From assembly GCA_012837335.1 (NCBI GenBank), contig DURM01000058.1, positions 8,279 to 72,278 of the forward strand: a DNA stretch of 64,000 bases. The letters are read 5' to 3'. Below the pieces are notes generated by a model, which searched no databases, was not told the origin of the DNA, and saw only the letters and a program-made list of their open reading frames with translations. Of the stretch, positions 56,903 to 64,000 are shown one piece after another. The stretch is from Bacillota bacterium. Lineage in GTDB: Bacteria; Bacillota; Limnochordia; Darwinibacteriales; DTU012. Position numbers and translations under genes: made by a program. The stretch's first letter is position 1; each line of letters opens with the position of its first letter.

Positions 56903-57439
56903 TTGAAAGCTACAGGAATAGTCAGACGCATAGACGATCTAGGACGAGTAGTGATTCCCAAAGAAATTAGGCGCACCTTACGCATCCGCGAAGGCGATCC
57001 GCTGGAAATATTTGTTGACCGCGAAGGCGAAGTTATCTTAAAGAAATATTCTCCAATCGGTGAACTGGGTGACTTTGCTCAAGAATATGCAGATTCATTA
57101 TATGAGTCAACTGGGCATATTGCACTGATTTCAGATCGGGACGCAGTTGTAGCTGTAGCCGGGGCAGCTAAAAAGCAGTGGATAGATAAATCTGTTAACG
57201 ATGTTATTGAAAAGGCGATGGAATCCCGCAGAACCATGGTAGTTACCAAAAGCGATACCGCGGATGATGACGACCGATGGGATTTTGAAAGTCAGGTTAT
57301 TGCTCCGATAATTGCGGAAGGAGATCCCATCGGGGCAGTGCTGATCTGCACGAAGGATCCTAATACACAGCTGGGAGAATTGGAAATAAAGCTTGCTGAG
57401 ACAGCAGCCGGATTTCTGGCTAAACAAATGGAACAGTAA
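56903..57439 (+). CDS. spoVT: Stage V sporulation protein T (AbrB-type N-terminal domain + GAF-like C-terminal domain)
   Basis: 178 aa. ..TGIVRRIDDLGRVVIPKEIRRTLRIREGDPLEIF.. SpoVT/AbrB swapped-hairpin domain. Confidence 0.88.
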   Translation: MKATGIVRRIDDLGRVVIPKEIRRTLRIREGDPLEIFVDREGEVILKKYSPIGELGDFAQEYADSLYESTGHIALISDRDAVVAVAGAAKKQWIDKSVNDVIEKAMESRRTMVVTKSDTADDDDRWDFESQVIAPIIAEGDPIGAVLICTKDPNTQLGELEIKLAETAAGFLAKQMEQ

Positions 57440-57448
57440 TATGAAAGT

Positions 57449-57510
57449 CCAGTCTGGCTCCTATCCATAACTAAGTTTTATGCTTAAGTTATGAACTAGG
57501 AGTCTTTTTT
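57449..57510. terminator. Imperfect long hairpin with T-run between convergent spoVT and mazG
   Basis: CTCCTATCCATAACTAAG...CTTAAGTTATGAACTAGGAG followed by TCTTTTTTT. Overlaps the mazG stop codon. Confidence 0.45.
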
Positions 57511-58275
57511 TGCCTTCTCCCAAAGCTGATCCATTTCAGCAAGACTCATCGTATTAAGCTCCCGGTTTTCCCGGGCAGCCTCTTTTTCAATGTATTGGAA
57601 GCGGCGGATAAACTTATCGGTAGTTAAGTTTAAAGCCTGCTCAGGGTTGATGTTGAGGAAGCGGCAGATATTGACCAGACTAAAAAACAAATCGCCCATT
57701 TCTGCGGTTATCTGATCCTGATTGCCGGATGCGGCAGCCTGCTTAAACTCTTCAATCTCTTCCTCGAGTTTAGCAAATGTGCCGCTGATGTCATCCCAAT
57801 CAAATCCCACTTTACTAGCTTTACTCTGCACTTTTTCTGCCCGCAGCAGCGCCGGTAGATGCCTGGGAATTCCATCTAGGAGTGACTCTCGGTCTTGATT
57901 AGCTTTTTCCTTTCTTTTGATGGCTTCCCAGTTGGAAAGTACATCCTTGACAGAATGAACCTCGGTATCGGCAAAGACATGGGGATGGCGGCGGATCATT
58001 TTCTCGCACACAGCGTTCAGCACATCATCCATGGTAAACCGCCCGTCTTCTGCTCCAATTTGAGCGTGAAATACCACCTGCAGCAGTACATCTCCCAGCT
58101 CTTCCGCCAGAGCCTGATCGTCCTGCTCTTCGATGGCATCAATTACTTCGTAAGCTTCTTCGATCAGGTAGCGGGTTAGACTTTGATGGGTCTGCTCCCG
58201 ATCCCAGGGACAGCCTTCCTCGCTGCGAAGTTGTGCCATGATCTCGATTAGGGATGCTAATGTGTAGCGGGCCAT
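57496..58275 (-). CDS. mazG: Nucleoside triphosphate pyrophosphohydrolase MazG (tandem MazG domains)
   Basis: 259 aa. ..LRSEEGCPWDREQTHQSL..YLIEEAYEV.. and second EEXXE motif. Confidence 0.85.
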   Translation of the reverse strand: MARYTLASLIEIMAQLRSEEGCPWDREQTHQSLTRYLIEEAYEVIDAIEEQDDQALAEELGDVLLQVVFHAQIGAEDGRFTMDDVLNAVCEKMIRRHPHVFADTEVHSVKDVLSNWEAIKRKEKANQDRESLLDGIPRHLPALLRAEKVQSKASKVGFDWDDISGTFAKLEEEIEEFKQAAASGNQDQITAEMGDLFFSLVNICRFLNINPEQALNLTTDKFIRRFQYIEKEAARENRELNTMSLAEMDQLWEKAKKDS

Positions 58276-58292
58276 GTAAAGATTACCTCCAA

Positions 58293-58320
58293 TACAAAAT
58301 AAAGCCTGCAGGTGCAGGCT
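58293..58320 (-). terminator. Rho-independent terminator of hbs (minus strand)
   Basis: AGCCTGCA-CC-TGCAGGCT hairpin followed on the minus strand by TTTATTTTGTATT. Confidence 0.65.
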
Positions 58321-58326
58321 GGTGTT

Positions 58327-58608
58327 TTACTTAGATGCAAGAACAGCTTCTTTTAAATTCTTACCTGGCTTGAATGCCGGGACAACTGTCGCTGGGATGG
58401 TAATTTTCTCGCCAGTTGATGGATTAACGCCTTGGCGCTCTTTACGTTCACGCACTTCAAAAGTACCAAATCCGACCAGCGTTACCTTCTCACCTTTTGC
58501 TAAAGCATCTTGGATAGCCGAAAAGGTAGCCTCCACAGCATCACTTGCAGCCTTCTTTGTTAAATTTGCTTCTTTAGCCACTGCATTAATAAGATCACTC
58601 TTGTTCAC
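58327..58608 (-). CDS. hup: DNA-binding protein HU
   Basis: 93 aa. [11 protein letters not shown]... [28 protein letters not shown]. Confidence 0.92.
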   Translation of the reverse strand: MNKSDLINAVAKEANLTKKAASDAVEATFSAIQDALAKGEKVTLVGFGTFEVRERKERQGVNPSTGEKITIPATVVPAFKPGKNLKEAVLASK

Positions 58609-58801
58609 AGTTTAACCCCCTTGAGGTAAAGTAATTCACTTGTATATTCTGTGACCTGTAATACTATTCCTGCTATATTGGCAATTTTTTCCCTGAAAAC
58701 TTTCTTTTGATCGGCTTCGGCATAATATTTGGCGAAAAACAGCAAGCTAATACAAGACAATTCTGTTAATACCGCGGCTGAAAAGATAGGAGGTAGCGAT
58801 T

Positions 58802-59761
58802 TTGGGATTTACTAGAGGACAGAAAGCGGCTGCCGGCTTGATTTTACTCATAATTGCCGCTGTGGCTGTGATGGTGAGCTGGAGCGGTGACCGGGACGAT
58901 CTCGCCAAAGAGTTGGATCAGGAACCGCAGATTACCGTCTATTTCAATGAAACCGGCGAAAAAAGAACGATGGGATTGGAAGAGTACCTTCAGGGTGTTG
59001 TAGCAGGAGAAATGTTTCCCGATTGGCCGCTGGAAGCTTACGGCGCCCAGGCTATCTTTGCCCGCAGCTTTACCTTGGCGCTGATGGCTGAAGGGGGCCT
59101 GCAGGAAAAATATGGAGCGGACATTTCCACAAACATCGAAGAAGCCCAAGCCTATAACCCTGATGCCATTACTCCGGAAATCCGCCAAGCGGTGGAAATG
59201 ACCAGAGGTGAGGTCTTGACTTATGAGGATCGCTATGTCAAGGGCTGGTTTCACGCTTACTCCGGCGGCAAAACTACTACTGCCAAAGAGGGCTTGAATT
59301 ACCAGGAAGCGGAACCGCCCTATATTGCCAGTGTGGATTTGGGTGAGAATCAGTATGCTCCCGAAGACGTAACCAACTGGGAAGCCAAATATACCTTGGC
59401 AGAGCTGCAGGGACTGCTGGCACCGGTGGGCATCAACGTTGGGCAAATTCAAGACCTTAAGATCACTGACCGGGGGTCGACAGATCGGATTACCCAAATT
59501 GAAGTAGTAGGCTCTGATGGCACCGCTGCTATCCACGGCTCGGATTTTCGCATTGCCGTTGATTCAACCAAAATGAAATCCACTTTGGTAACTGATTGGG
59601 AAGTAAGCGAAGGCACGCTCACGATTAGGGGAACGGGCTATGGACACGGCGTAGGCCTAAGCCAGTGGGATGCGTTTAAAATGGCCAAAGAAGGCAAGTC
59701 GCCAGAGGAAATTGCTAAGAGTTTCTTTAAAGGCGTAGAAATCAAGAAACTCTATGATTAG
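58802..59761 (+). CDS. SpoIID/LytB-domain protein (sporulation lytic enzyme family), membrane-anchored
   Basis: 319 aa. N-terminal TM helix and SpoIID-like motifs (..EEYLQGVVAGEMFPDWPLEAYGAQAIFARSF.., C-terminal ..GYGHGVGLSQWDAF..). Confidence 0.7.
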   Translation: MGFTRGQKAAAGLILLIIAAVAVMVSWSGDRDDLAKELDQEPQITVYFNETGEKRTMGLEEYLQGVVAGEMFPDWPLEAYGAQAIFARSFTLALMAEGGLQEKYGADISTNIEEAQAYNPDAITPEIRQAVEMTRGEVLTYEDRYVKGWFHAYSGGKTTTAKEGLNYQEAEPPYIASVDLGENQYAPEDVTNWEAKYTLAELQGLLAPVGINVGQIQDLKITDRGSTDRITQIEVVGSDGTAAIHGSDFRIAVDSTKMKSTLVTDWEVSEGTLTIRGTGYGHGVGLSQWDAFKMAKEGKSPEEIAKSFFKGVEIKKLYD

Positions 59762-59771
59762 GCAGAATCTG

Positions 59772-59801
59772 ATTCTATTTCCCACTCTTTCTGCATAGAT
59801 T
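59772..59801 (+). promoter_or_regulatory. Candidate sigma-E-type promoter of yabP-yabQ
   Basis: TTCTATT - 14 nt - CATAGATT resembles the SigE consensus (kmATATT ... CATACAnT). B. subtilis yabP/Q are SigE-dependent. Confidence 0.3.
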
Positions 59802-59830
59802 GTACCAAAAGCAGTGGGAGGTACGTTCAG

Positions 59831-60121
59831 ATGGATGAAAGAAAGTATCCTACTTCAGCAGCCAGACATCAGGTGCTGCTGGTACAGCGGGAACGCTTAA
59901 ATGTTGACGGTGTGCTGAATGTAGACAGCTTTGATGACCGGGAGATTGCCCTAGAGACAGAGGAAGGCGGTTTGATCATTCGCGGAGAAGATCTGCACAT
60001 CAACGAGCTGAATCTGGAAACCAGCAGTTTAGTAGTATTGGGATATATCAAGACCCTGGAGTATACCAAGGATTCGTTTGGGCAGAAGGGCAAGGGTATT
60101 TTAGCAAAATTGTTTCGGTGA
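59831..60121 (+). CDS. yabP: Sporulation protein YabP
   Basis: 96 aa. YabP family, position before yabQ/divIC. Confidence 0.8.
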   Translation: MDERKYPTSAARHQVLLVQRERLNVDGVLNVDSFDDREIALETEEGGLIIRGEDLHINELNLETSSLVVLGYIKTLEYTKDSFGQKGKGILAKLFR

Positions 60122-60191
60122 TTCACATGTTACAGGCCAAATGCATACACTGTTATGGTAAAGAGAATTCAAAGCTCCTGGAGGTGTAAGC

Positions 60192-60704
60192 ATGGATTCG
60201 CTTAGCGTACAGCTGTATGCATTTGCTGTTACACTAATTGCAGGCGCTTCGATCGGGCTTATTTTTGACTTATACCGCGTGATTCGCTCACGCCTGCAGC
60301 CCGGGGCAATTACCGCAGCGGTTATGGATCTTATCTTCTGGCTGGTGGCGGCACCGGTACTTATTGTCTACCTTTTGGTGGCGAACTGGGGTGAACTGCG
60401 CTTCTATGTCCTGATCGGGATTCTATTAGGCGCGGCCTTCTACTATCTGCTGTTCAGCAGAATAGTGATTCGGCTTTTTGCCGGTCTGATTAATCTGATT
60501 GGATATATTATCAGTTATATCTGTGGACTGGTTTTCTCCGTAGTCATTCTGCCTGTAAAGACCCTTCAGGACCTGATTTTAGCATTCAGCGCCCGCAGAA
60601 GCGGCCGCAGTTCCATTAAGTTTGATTCGAATTGGAGATGGCGGTTCCGCAGAGGTGGACTGCGCTGGCAATCTCCCTTTGCATCCCTTTGGCGGCGCCA
60701 GTAA
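60192..60704 (+). CDS. yabQ: Spore cortex biosynthesis protein YabQ
   Basis: 170 aa hydrophobic protein with basic C-terminal tail. Conserved yabP-yabQ-divIC order. Confidence 0.7.
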   Translation: MDSLSVQLYAFAVTLIAGASIGLIFDLYRVIRSRLQPGAITAAVMDLIFWLVAAPVLIVYLLVANWGELRFYVLIGILLGAAFYYLLFSRIVIRLFAGLINLIGYIISYICGLVFSVVILPVKTLQDLILAFSARRSGRSSIKFDSNWRWRFRRGGLRWQSPFASLWRRQ

Positions 60705-60766
60705 TTCCATTTCCTGGCAGGAAAACGCTGATTGCTCCCGAACTTCTCCATAAAGGGGAGGTTCTG

Positions 60767-61060
60767 ATGGCTGTGGGAAGGACAAGGAAGAAGCCAGCGT
60801 ACGGCAAGATTGTTTTACTGCTGCTGATTATCTGGCTGGGCTATGCTTTTGGAAAAGGTTTTATGGAGCATCACCGCCTCAGGAAGGAAATAGCCCGGCT
60901 GACCAATGAAATTCAGGCATTGGAACTTCGCAATGCCCAAATCCGAGAAGAAATTGAGTACCATCGCTCCGAAGAATATATCGAGAAAGTGGCAAGAGAA
61001 GAACTTGGTTTGGTTAAACCAGGAGAGACCCGGTTCATCATCACGGAATCATCCGACTGA
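60767..61060 (+). CDS. divIC: Septum formation initiator DivIC/FtsB
   Basis: 97 aa. N-terminal TM helix then coiled coil (..LRKEIARLTNEIQALELRNAQIREEI..EEYIEKVAREELGLVKPGE). The ATG at 60767 has an AAGGGGAGG SD. The ORF-track start at 60632 overlaps yabQ. Confidence 0.8.
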   Translation: MAVGRTRKKPAYGKIVLLLLIIWLGYAFGKGFMEHHRLRKEIARLTNEIQALELRNAQIREEIEYHRSEEYIEKVAREELGLVKPGETRFIITESSD

Positions 61061-61085
61061 GCCGGAAAGAAATAGGCATGGTCGA

Positions 61086-61114
61086 TTGACACAAAATTTC
61101 TGATAATGTATAAT
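61086..61114 (+). promoter_or_regulatory. Consensus sigma-A promoter upstream of the S1-domain gene
   Basis: TTGACA - 17 nt - TATAAT (perfect hexamers). Confidence 0.65.
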
Positions 61115-61170
61115 ATAAAATAGCCGCGGCCCTGCAGTGGCAAAATCTAAGAGGAGGAATTTATTAACGT

Positions 61171-61569
61171 ATGTCAATCGATGTCGGCAGCATTGTCGAG
61201 GGTAAGGTAACTGGGATTACCAATTTCGGAGCATTTGTAGAGCTTGAGAATGGGGAGACTGGTCTAGTACACATTTCAGAGGTAGCAGATACTTACGTAA
61301 AAGACATCAACGATTACCTGAAACGCGAAGACTGCGTCAAAGTAAAAGTTATCAATATCAGCGACGGTAAAATTGGTCTCTCAATCAAACAGGCTAATCC
61401 CAAATCCCAGGTACAAAGTTATCCTCAACATGGTAGAGCGAGACGGAGAGCTGCAAGCGCCAACGATTTCGAAGAAAGGTTAGCGCGCTTTCTCAAAGAC
61501 AGTGATGAAAGGCAGCAAGCTCTGAGAAAGAGTTTAGACTCGAAACGAGGTGGCAGGGGCGCGAGATAG
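61171..61569 (+). CDS. yabR: S1 RNA-binding domain protein YabR
   Basis: 132 aa. ..GSIVEGKVTGITNFGAFVELENGETGLVHISEV.. S1 domain, basic C-terminal tail. Confidence 0.85.
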   Translation: MSIDVGSIVEGKVTGITNFGAFVELENGETGLVHISEVADTYVKDINDYLKREDCVKVKVINISDGKIGLSIKQANPKSQVQSYPQHGRARRRAASANDFEERLARFLKDSDERQQALRKSLDSKRGGRGAR

Positions 61570-61608
61570 AGCGTAAGTTGATTTGTTCATTGCCATATTA
61601 ATATATTA

Positions 61609-61632
61609 CATCCCTTCGGGGATGTTTTTTTC
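61609..61632 (+). terminator. Rho-independent terminator after yabR
   Basis: CATCCC-TTCG-GGGATG followed by TTTTTTT. Confidence 0.8.
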
Positions 61633-61650
61633 CATAATGGAGGCATAGGA

Positions 61651-62214
61651 ATGCAAAATAGTCTTGAACAAGTAACACAGCAGGATTATCAAGTTATAAC
61701 CAATCAATTAGGCCGGGAGCCCAGAGGTGTTTTGGGGATTGCCAAAAGATGTAAATACGGATATCCCCAAGTGATTGTTAATCGGCCGGTGATTACTAAG
61801 GTGGAGCAGGTAACAGTATTTCCGACTTCGCTGTGGCTTACATGTCCGTATTTGCGAAAAATGATCAGTAAAATCGAAAGCACTGGATTGATCGGCACGC
61901 TTCAGGAGCGGATTGCTGCTGATGAAGAATTTGCTGAAGCAGTTAAAAAAGATCACGAGGCGCACGCCGAATTTCGGCGCAGCCTTATTCCTGAGGAGGT
62001 CCTTAGGGCGCTGGCCAAGAATTATCCCAACGAATATCAAGTGATCGCAGAAACTGGCGTCGGTGGCACCCGCTCGTATGATGGTGTTAAATGCCTGCAC
62101 GCCCATTTCGGTGATTATTTAGTTTTGGGCAATAACACCATCGGAAAAATGGTTTATGAAGCCCTGGATGGAGAGCTGAACTGCTCATCCGGCGAATGCA
62201 AATTGGAGAAATAG
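61651..62214 (+). CDS. DUF501-domain protein (commonly paired with Ppx/GppA)
   Basis: 187 aa. Conserved Cys/His (..CKYGYPQV.., ..CPYLR.., ..CLHAH..), located upstream of ppx. Confidence 0.6.
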   Translation: MQNSLEQVTQQDYQVITNQLGREPRGVLGIAKRCKYGYPQVIVNRPVITKVEQVTVFPTSLWLTCPYLRKMISKIESTGLIGTLQERIAADEEFAEAVKKDHEAHAEFRRSLIPEEVLRALAKNYPNEYQVIAETGVGGTRSYDGVKCLHAHFGDYLVLGNNTIGKMVYEALDGELNCSSGECKLEK

Positions 62215-62223
62215 GAGACTGCT

Positions 62224-63141
62224 ATGATTGCCACAATTGATATCGGCACTAATTCGACCCGCCTGTTAATCGCAGAAACTGCGCATACCGAATCTGGTAT
62301 GCAGATCATGCCGGCAGTCAGGCAGCTGAAAATAACCCGATTAGGGCAGGGAGTCAATGCATCAGGGCACCTCAGACCGGAGGCCTTAGAGCGAACTTAT
62401 CAAGCGCTGGCGGAGTACCAGGAGCTTCTCAGCCACTATCCGATTGAACGCCTAATCGTAACTGCTACCAGCGCGGTTAGGGACGCAGCCAATCAAGCTG
62501 AGTTCTTAAAAGGTGTTAAAGAGCGGACTGGATGGGCTGTGCGAGTCTTATCTGGACAGGAAGAAGCTTGGGCGTCGTTTGTGGGCGCGTGGAAAGCGGT
62601 GCAGGATGCGGGTGTTTTTCTTGGTGATGAACTGCTGGTAATCGATATCGGTGGAGGCAGTACGGAGATTGTTTGCGGCCGGTCAAATGGTGAAGTCCTC
62701 TTCAGCGGTTCTTGTCAGGTTGGCGCTGTGCGGATGACGGAGATGGACAATCAGGAGCTGGGCAGCCTGCAGAAGACGGTGCGAGAAAGGACAGCTGCCC
62801 TGATCCGGCAGTTGCCTGTCGATGTGTCGGGAAATCTGACTGTTATAGGCGTCGGCGGCACAATTACCACGCTTGCAGCGTTGGAATTAGAACTTGTGGA
62901 CTATGATCCTGATAAAATTACAGGATTCTGCTTAACCAAAGAGAGGATTGAAGCTTGGTTCGAAAAGCTTGCCAGAATGAAGCTTCATGAGCGAGAAGTT
63001 CTGCCGGGACTTAACCCGGGCAGAGCTGATGTTATTCCTGCCGGAGCAGGAATATGCGCTGTACTGATGGATTTGTTGGGAGCAGAACGAATACTGGTAA
63101 GTGATGGTGATTTGATGCAGGGAGTTTGGCACATATTCTAA
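62224..63141 (+). CDS. ppx: Ppx/GppA-family exopolyphosphatase / guanosine pentaphosphate phosphohydrolase
   Basis: 305 aa. ..IATIDIGTNSTRLLIAE.. ASKHA phosphate-1 motif, ..VIDIGGGSTEIV... Confidence 0.85.
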   Translation: MIATIDIGTNSTRLLIAETAHTESGMQIMPAVRQLKITRLGQGVNASGHLRPEALERTYQALAEYQELLSHYPIERLIVTATSAVRDAANQAEFLKGVKERTGWAVRVLSGQEEAWASFVGAWKAVQDAGVFLGDELLVIDIGGGSTEIVCGRSNGEVLFSGSCQVGAVRMTEMDNQELGSLQKTVRERTAALIRQLPVDVSGNLTVIGVGGTITTLAALELELVDYDPDKITGFCLTKERIEAWFEKLARMKLHEREVLPGLNPGRADVIPAGAGICAVLMDLLGAERILVSDGDLMQGVWHIF

Positions 63142-63176
63142 TCCCGGATCAGCCACAATAAGAAATGAATTAGGTA

Positions 63177-63205
63177 TTGACAATTATCAAGATAAATTAT
63201 ATAAT
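63177..63205 (+). promoter_or_regulatory. Consensus sigma-A promoter of tRNA-Leu
   Basis: TTGACA - 17 nt - TATAAT, about 20 nt before the tRNA. Confidence 0.65.
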
Positions 63206-63224
63206 TGCAGTTGTGATTCGGAGT

Positions 63225-63312
63225 GCCGGGGTGGCGGAATAGGTAGACGCTACGGACTTAAAATCCGTTGGGCGTTAAGCCCGTGCGGGTTCGATTCCCG
63301 CCCCCGGCACCA
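63225..63312 (+). tRNA. tRNA-Leu (anticodon UAA), class II with long variable arm, CCA encoded
   Basis: GCCGGGGTGGCGGAATAGGTAGACGC..ACGGA-CTTAAAA-TCCGT..long variable arm..GGTTCGATTCC..CCCGGCACCA. Confidence 0.88.
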
Positions 63313-63330
63313 CTTTTTATATCAGCGGCG

Positions 63331-63355
63331 CTCATCAGCTCGATGAGTTTTTTTA
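63331..63355 (+). terminator. Rho-independent terminator after tRNA-Leu
   Basis: CTCATC-AGCTC-GATGAG followed by TTTTTTT. Confidence 0.75.
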
Positions 63356-63406
63356 TTTTCGGCACATGGATATAATATAAGCGACTAAGTTAAAGGGGAG
63401 CCGGAT

Positions 63407-63790
63407 ATGAAAAAATGGTTTATTACTGCTGCGTTAATTGCTTTTATCGCTTGGCAGTTAATCAATAAACCCAGCCCTGGCGCGGAAGTTGACGCAGAGG
63501 AATTGCTGAAAATGCTGGCAACCGATGCCGAAGTCGTCTTGCTCGATGTGCGTGAGCCGGATGAATATGCAGCTGGACATATTCCTGGCTCAATACTGAT
63601 TCCCTTAGGAGATTTGGATCGTTCGGAACGGCTGAAGGAGATTGATCCCAGCCAAAAAATCGTAGTAATCTGCCGCAGCGGCAACCGCAGCGAATTTGGA
63701 CAGCAGATGCTGATGGATATGGGTTTTACAGACGTGTATAATCTGACGGGCGGGATCCAAAGATGGACCGGTCCGATCGAAGTGGAATAA
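63407..63790 (+). CDS. Rhodanese-like sulfurtransferase domain protein with N-terminal signal/anchor helix
   Basis: 127 aa. ..VVLLDVREPDEYAAGHIPGS.. and active-site loop CRSGNRS. Confidence 0.8.
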   Translation: MKKWFITAALIAFIAWQLINKPSPGAEVDAEELLKMLATDAEVVLLDVREPDEYAAGHIPGSILIPLGDLDRSERLKEIDPSQKIVVICRSGNRSEFGQQMLMDMGFTDVYNLTGGIQRWTGPIEVE

Positions 63791-63803
63791 AGCCGTTTAA
63801 GCG

Positions 63804-63847
63804 ACCAACCTCAAGCCAGCATTAGTCTGGGGGTTGGTTGCTTTTTT
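63804..63847 (+). terminator. Probable terminator after the rhodanese gene
   Basis: ACCAACC...GGTTGGT stem (large loop) followed by GCTTTTTTG. Confidence 0.45.
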
Positions 63848-63958
63848 GCGTGATTGAGCGGCAGCAATCAGGCAAGACTAAACATAAGATCAGGAAATGA
63901 TCCGTTATTTTACGGATGTTATTTTTATAACGATGCAGGTAAAACACGGTCTCCTTCA

Positions 63959-63988
63959 ATTGACAGAAAGAGCTCTAGTTGCTAAAAT
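63959..63988 (+). promoter_or_regulatory. Sigma-A-like promoter pointing out of the window
   Basis: TTGACA - 17 nt - TAAAAT at the extreme 3' end. The target gene is beyond position 64000. Confidence 0.4.
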
Positions 63989-64000
63989 AGATCAATGTTA

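Noticed and set aside
58609-58801. Possible sigma-E promoter (GCATAATATT ... AATACAAGA) upstream of the SpoIID-like gene
   Set aside because: The spacing between the candidate -35 and -10 elements is about 20 nt, outside the 13-15 nt SigE range. Not reported as a feature.
1-64000. CRISPR arrays, IS elements, integrases, toxin-antitoxin or restriction-modification genes
   Set aside because: None found on reading the window. There are no direct-repeat/spacer arrays, no transposase or recombinase ORFs, and the composition is uniform.

Overview
This window is the chromosomal replication-origin region of an endospore-forming Firmicute (Clostridia/Bacilli-like). The 5' end of dnaA sits on the minus strand at the left edge. 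A dnaA-rpmH intergenic region with about 14 DnaA boxes (oriC) follows. Nearly everything after that is co-oriented on the plus strand, leading away from the origin. The gene order is rpmH-rnpA-yidD-yidC-jag-mnmE-mnmG-mnmG'-rsmG-noc-parA-parB, then yyaC and a yyaD-like gene, the gcvT-H-PA-PB operon, ychF-rpsF-ssb-rpsR-yybS-rplI, a spore-type Lon, aroE, galKT (minus strand), ddl and a FemAB-like gene. Further on come an ABC-F/DnaD-like/DnaB-helicase operon, rsmA-yabG-veg, SleL-like and SipL-like spore genes, ispE, purR, a corrinoid-methyltransferase activation trio, tRNA-Gln, glmU-prs-ctc-pth-mfd-spoVT, mazG and hbs (minus strand), yabP-yabQ-divIC-yabR, DUF501-ppx, tRNA-Leu and a rhodanese. No CRISPR array, IS element, prophage, integrase or toxin/defence gene is visible, and GC content and codon usage look uniform. 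The observations most worth follow-up are listed below. (1) Two diverged full-length mnmG paralogues in tandem. (2) A MinD/ParA-type ATPase with an extra N-terminal domain directly after parAB, ending 15 bp before a 34-bp perfect palindrome that carries a near-consensus parS. (3) An internally duplicated P-loop protein of unknown function. (4) A translationally coupled ABC-F/DnaD-like/DnaB-helicase/small acidic protein operon. (5) A UroD-family methyltransferase/Cys-motif protein/RACo module between purR and glmU. (6) Several unannotated small ORFs and operator-like palindromes. Coordinates of non-ORF features are read from the printed sequence and may be off by ±1-2 nt.
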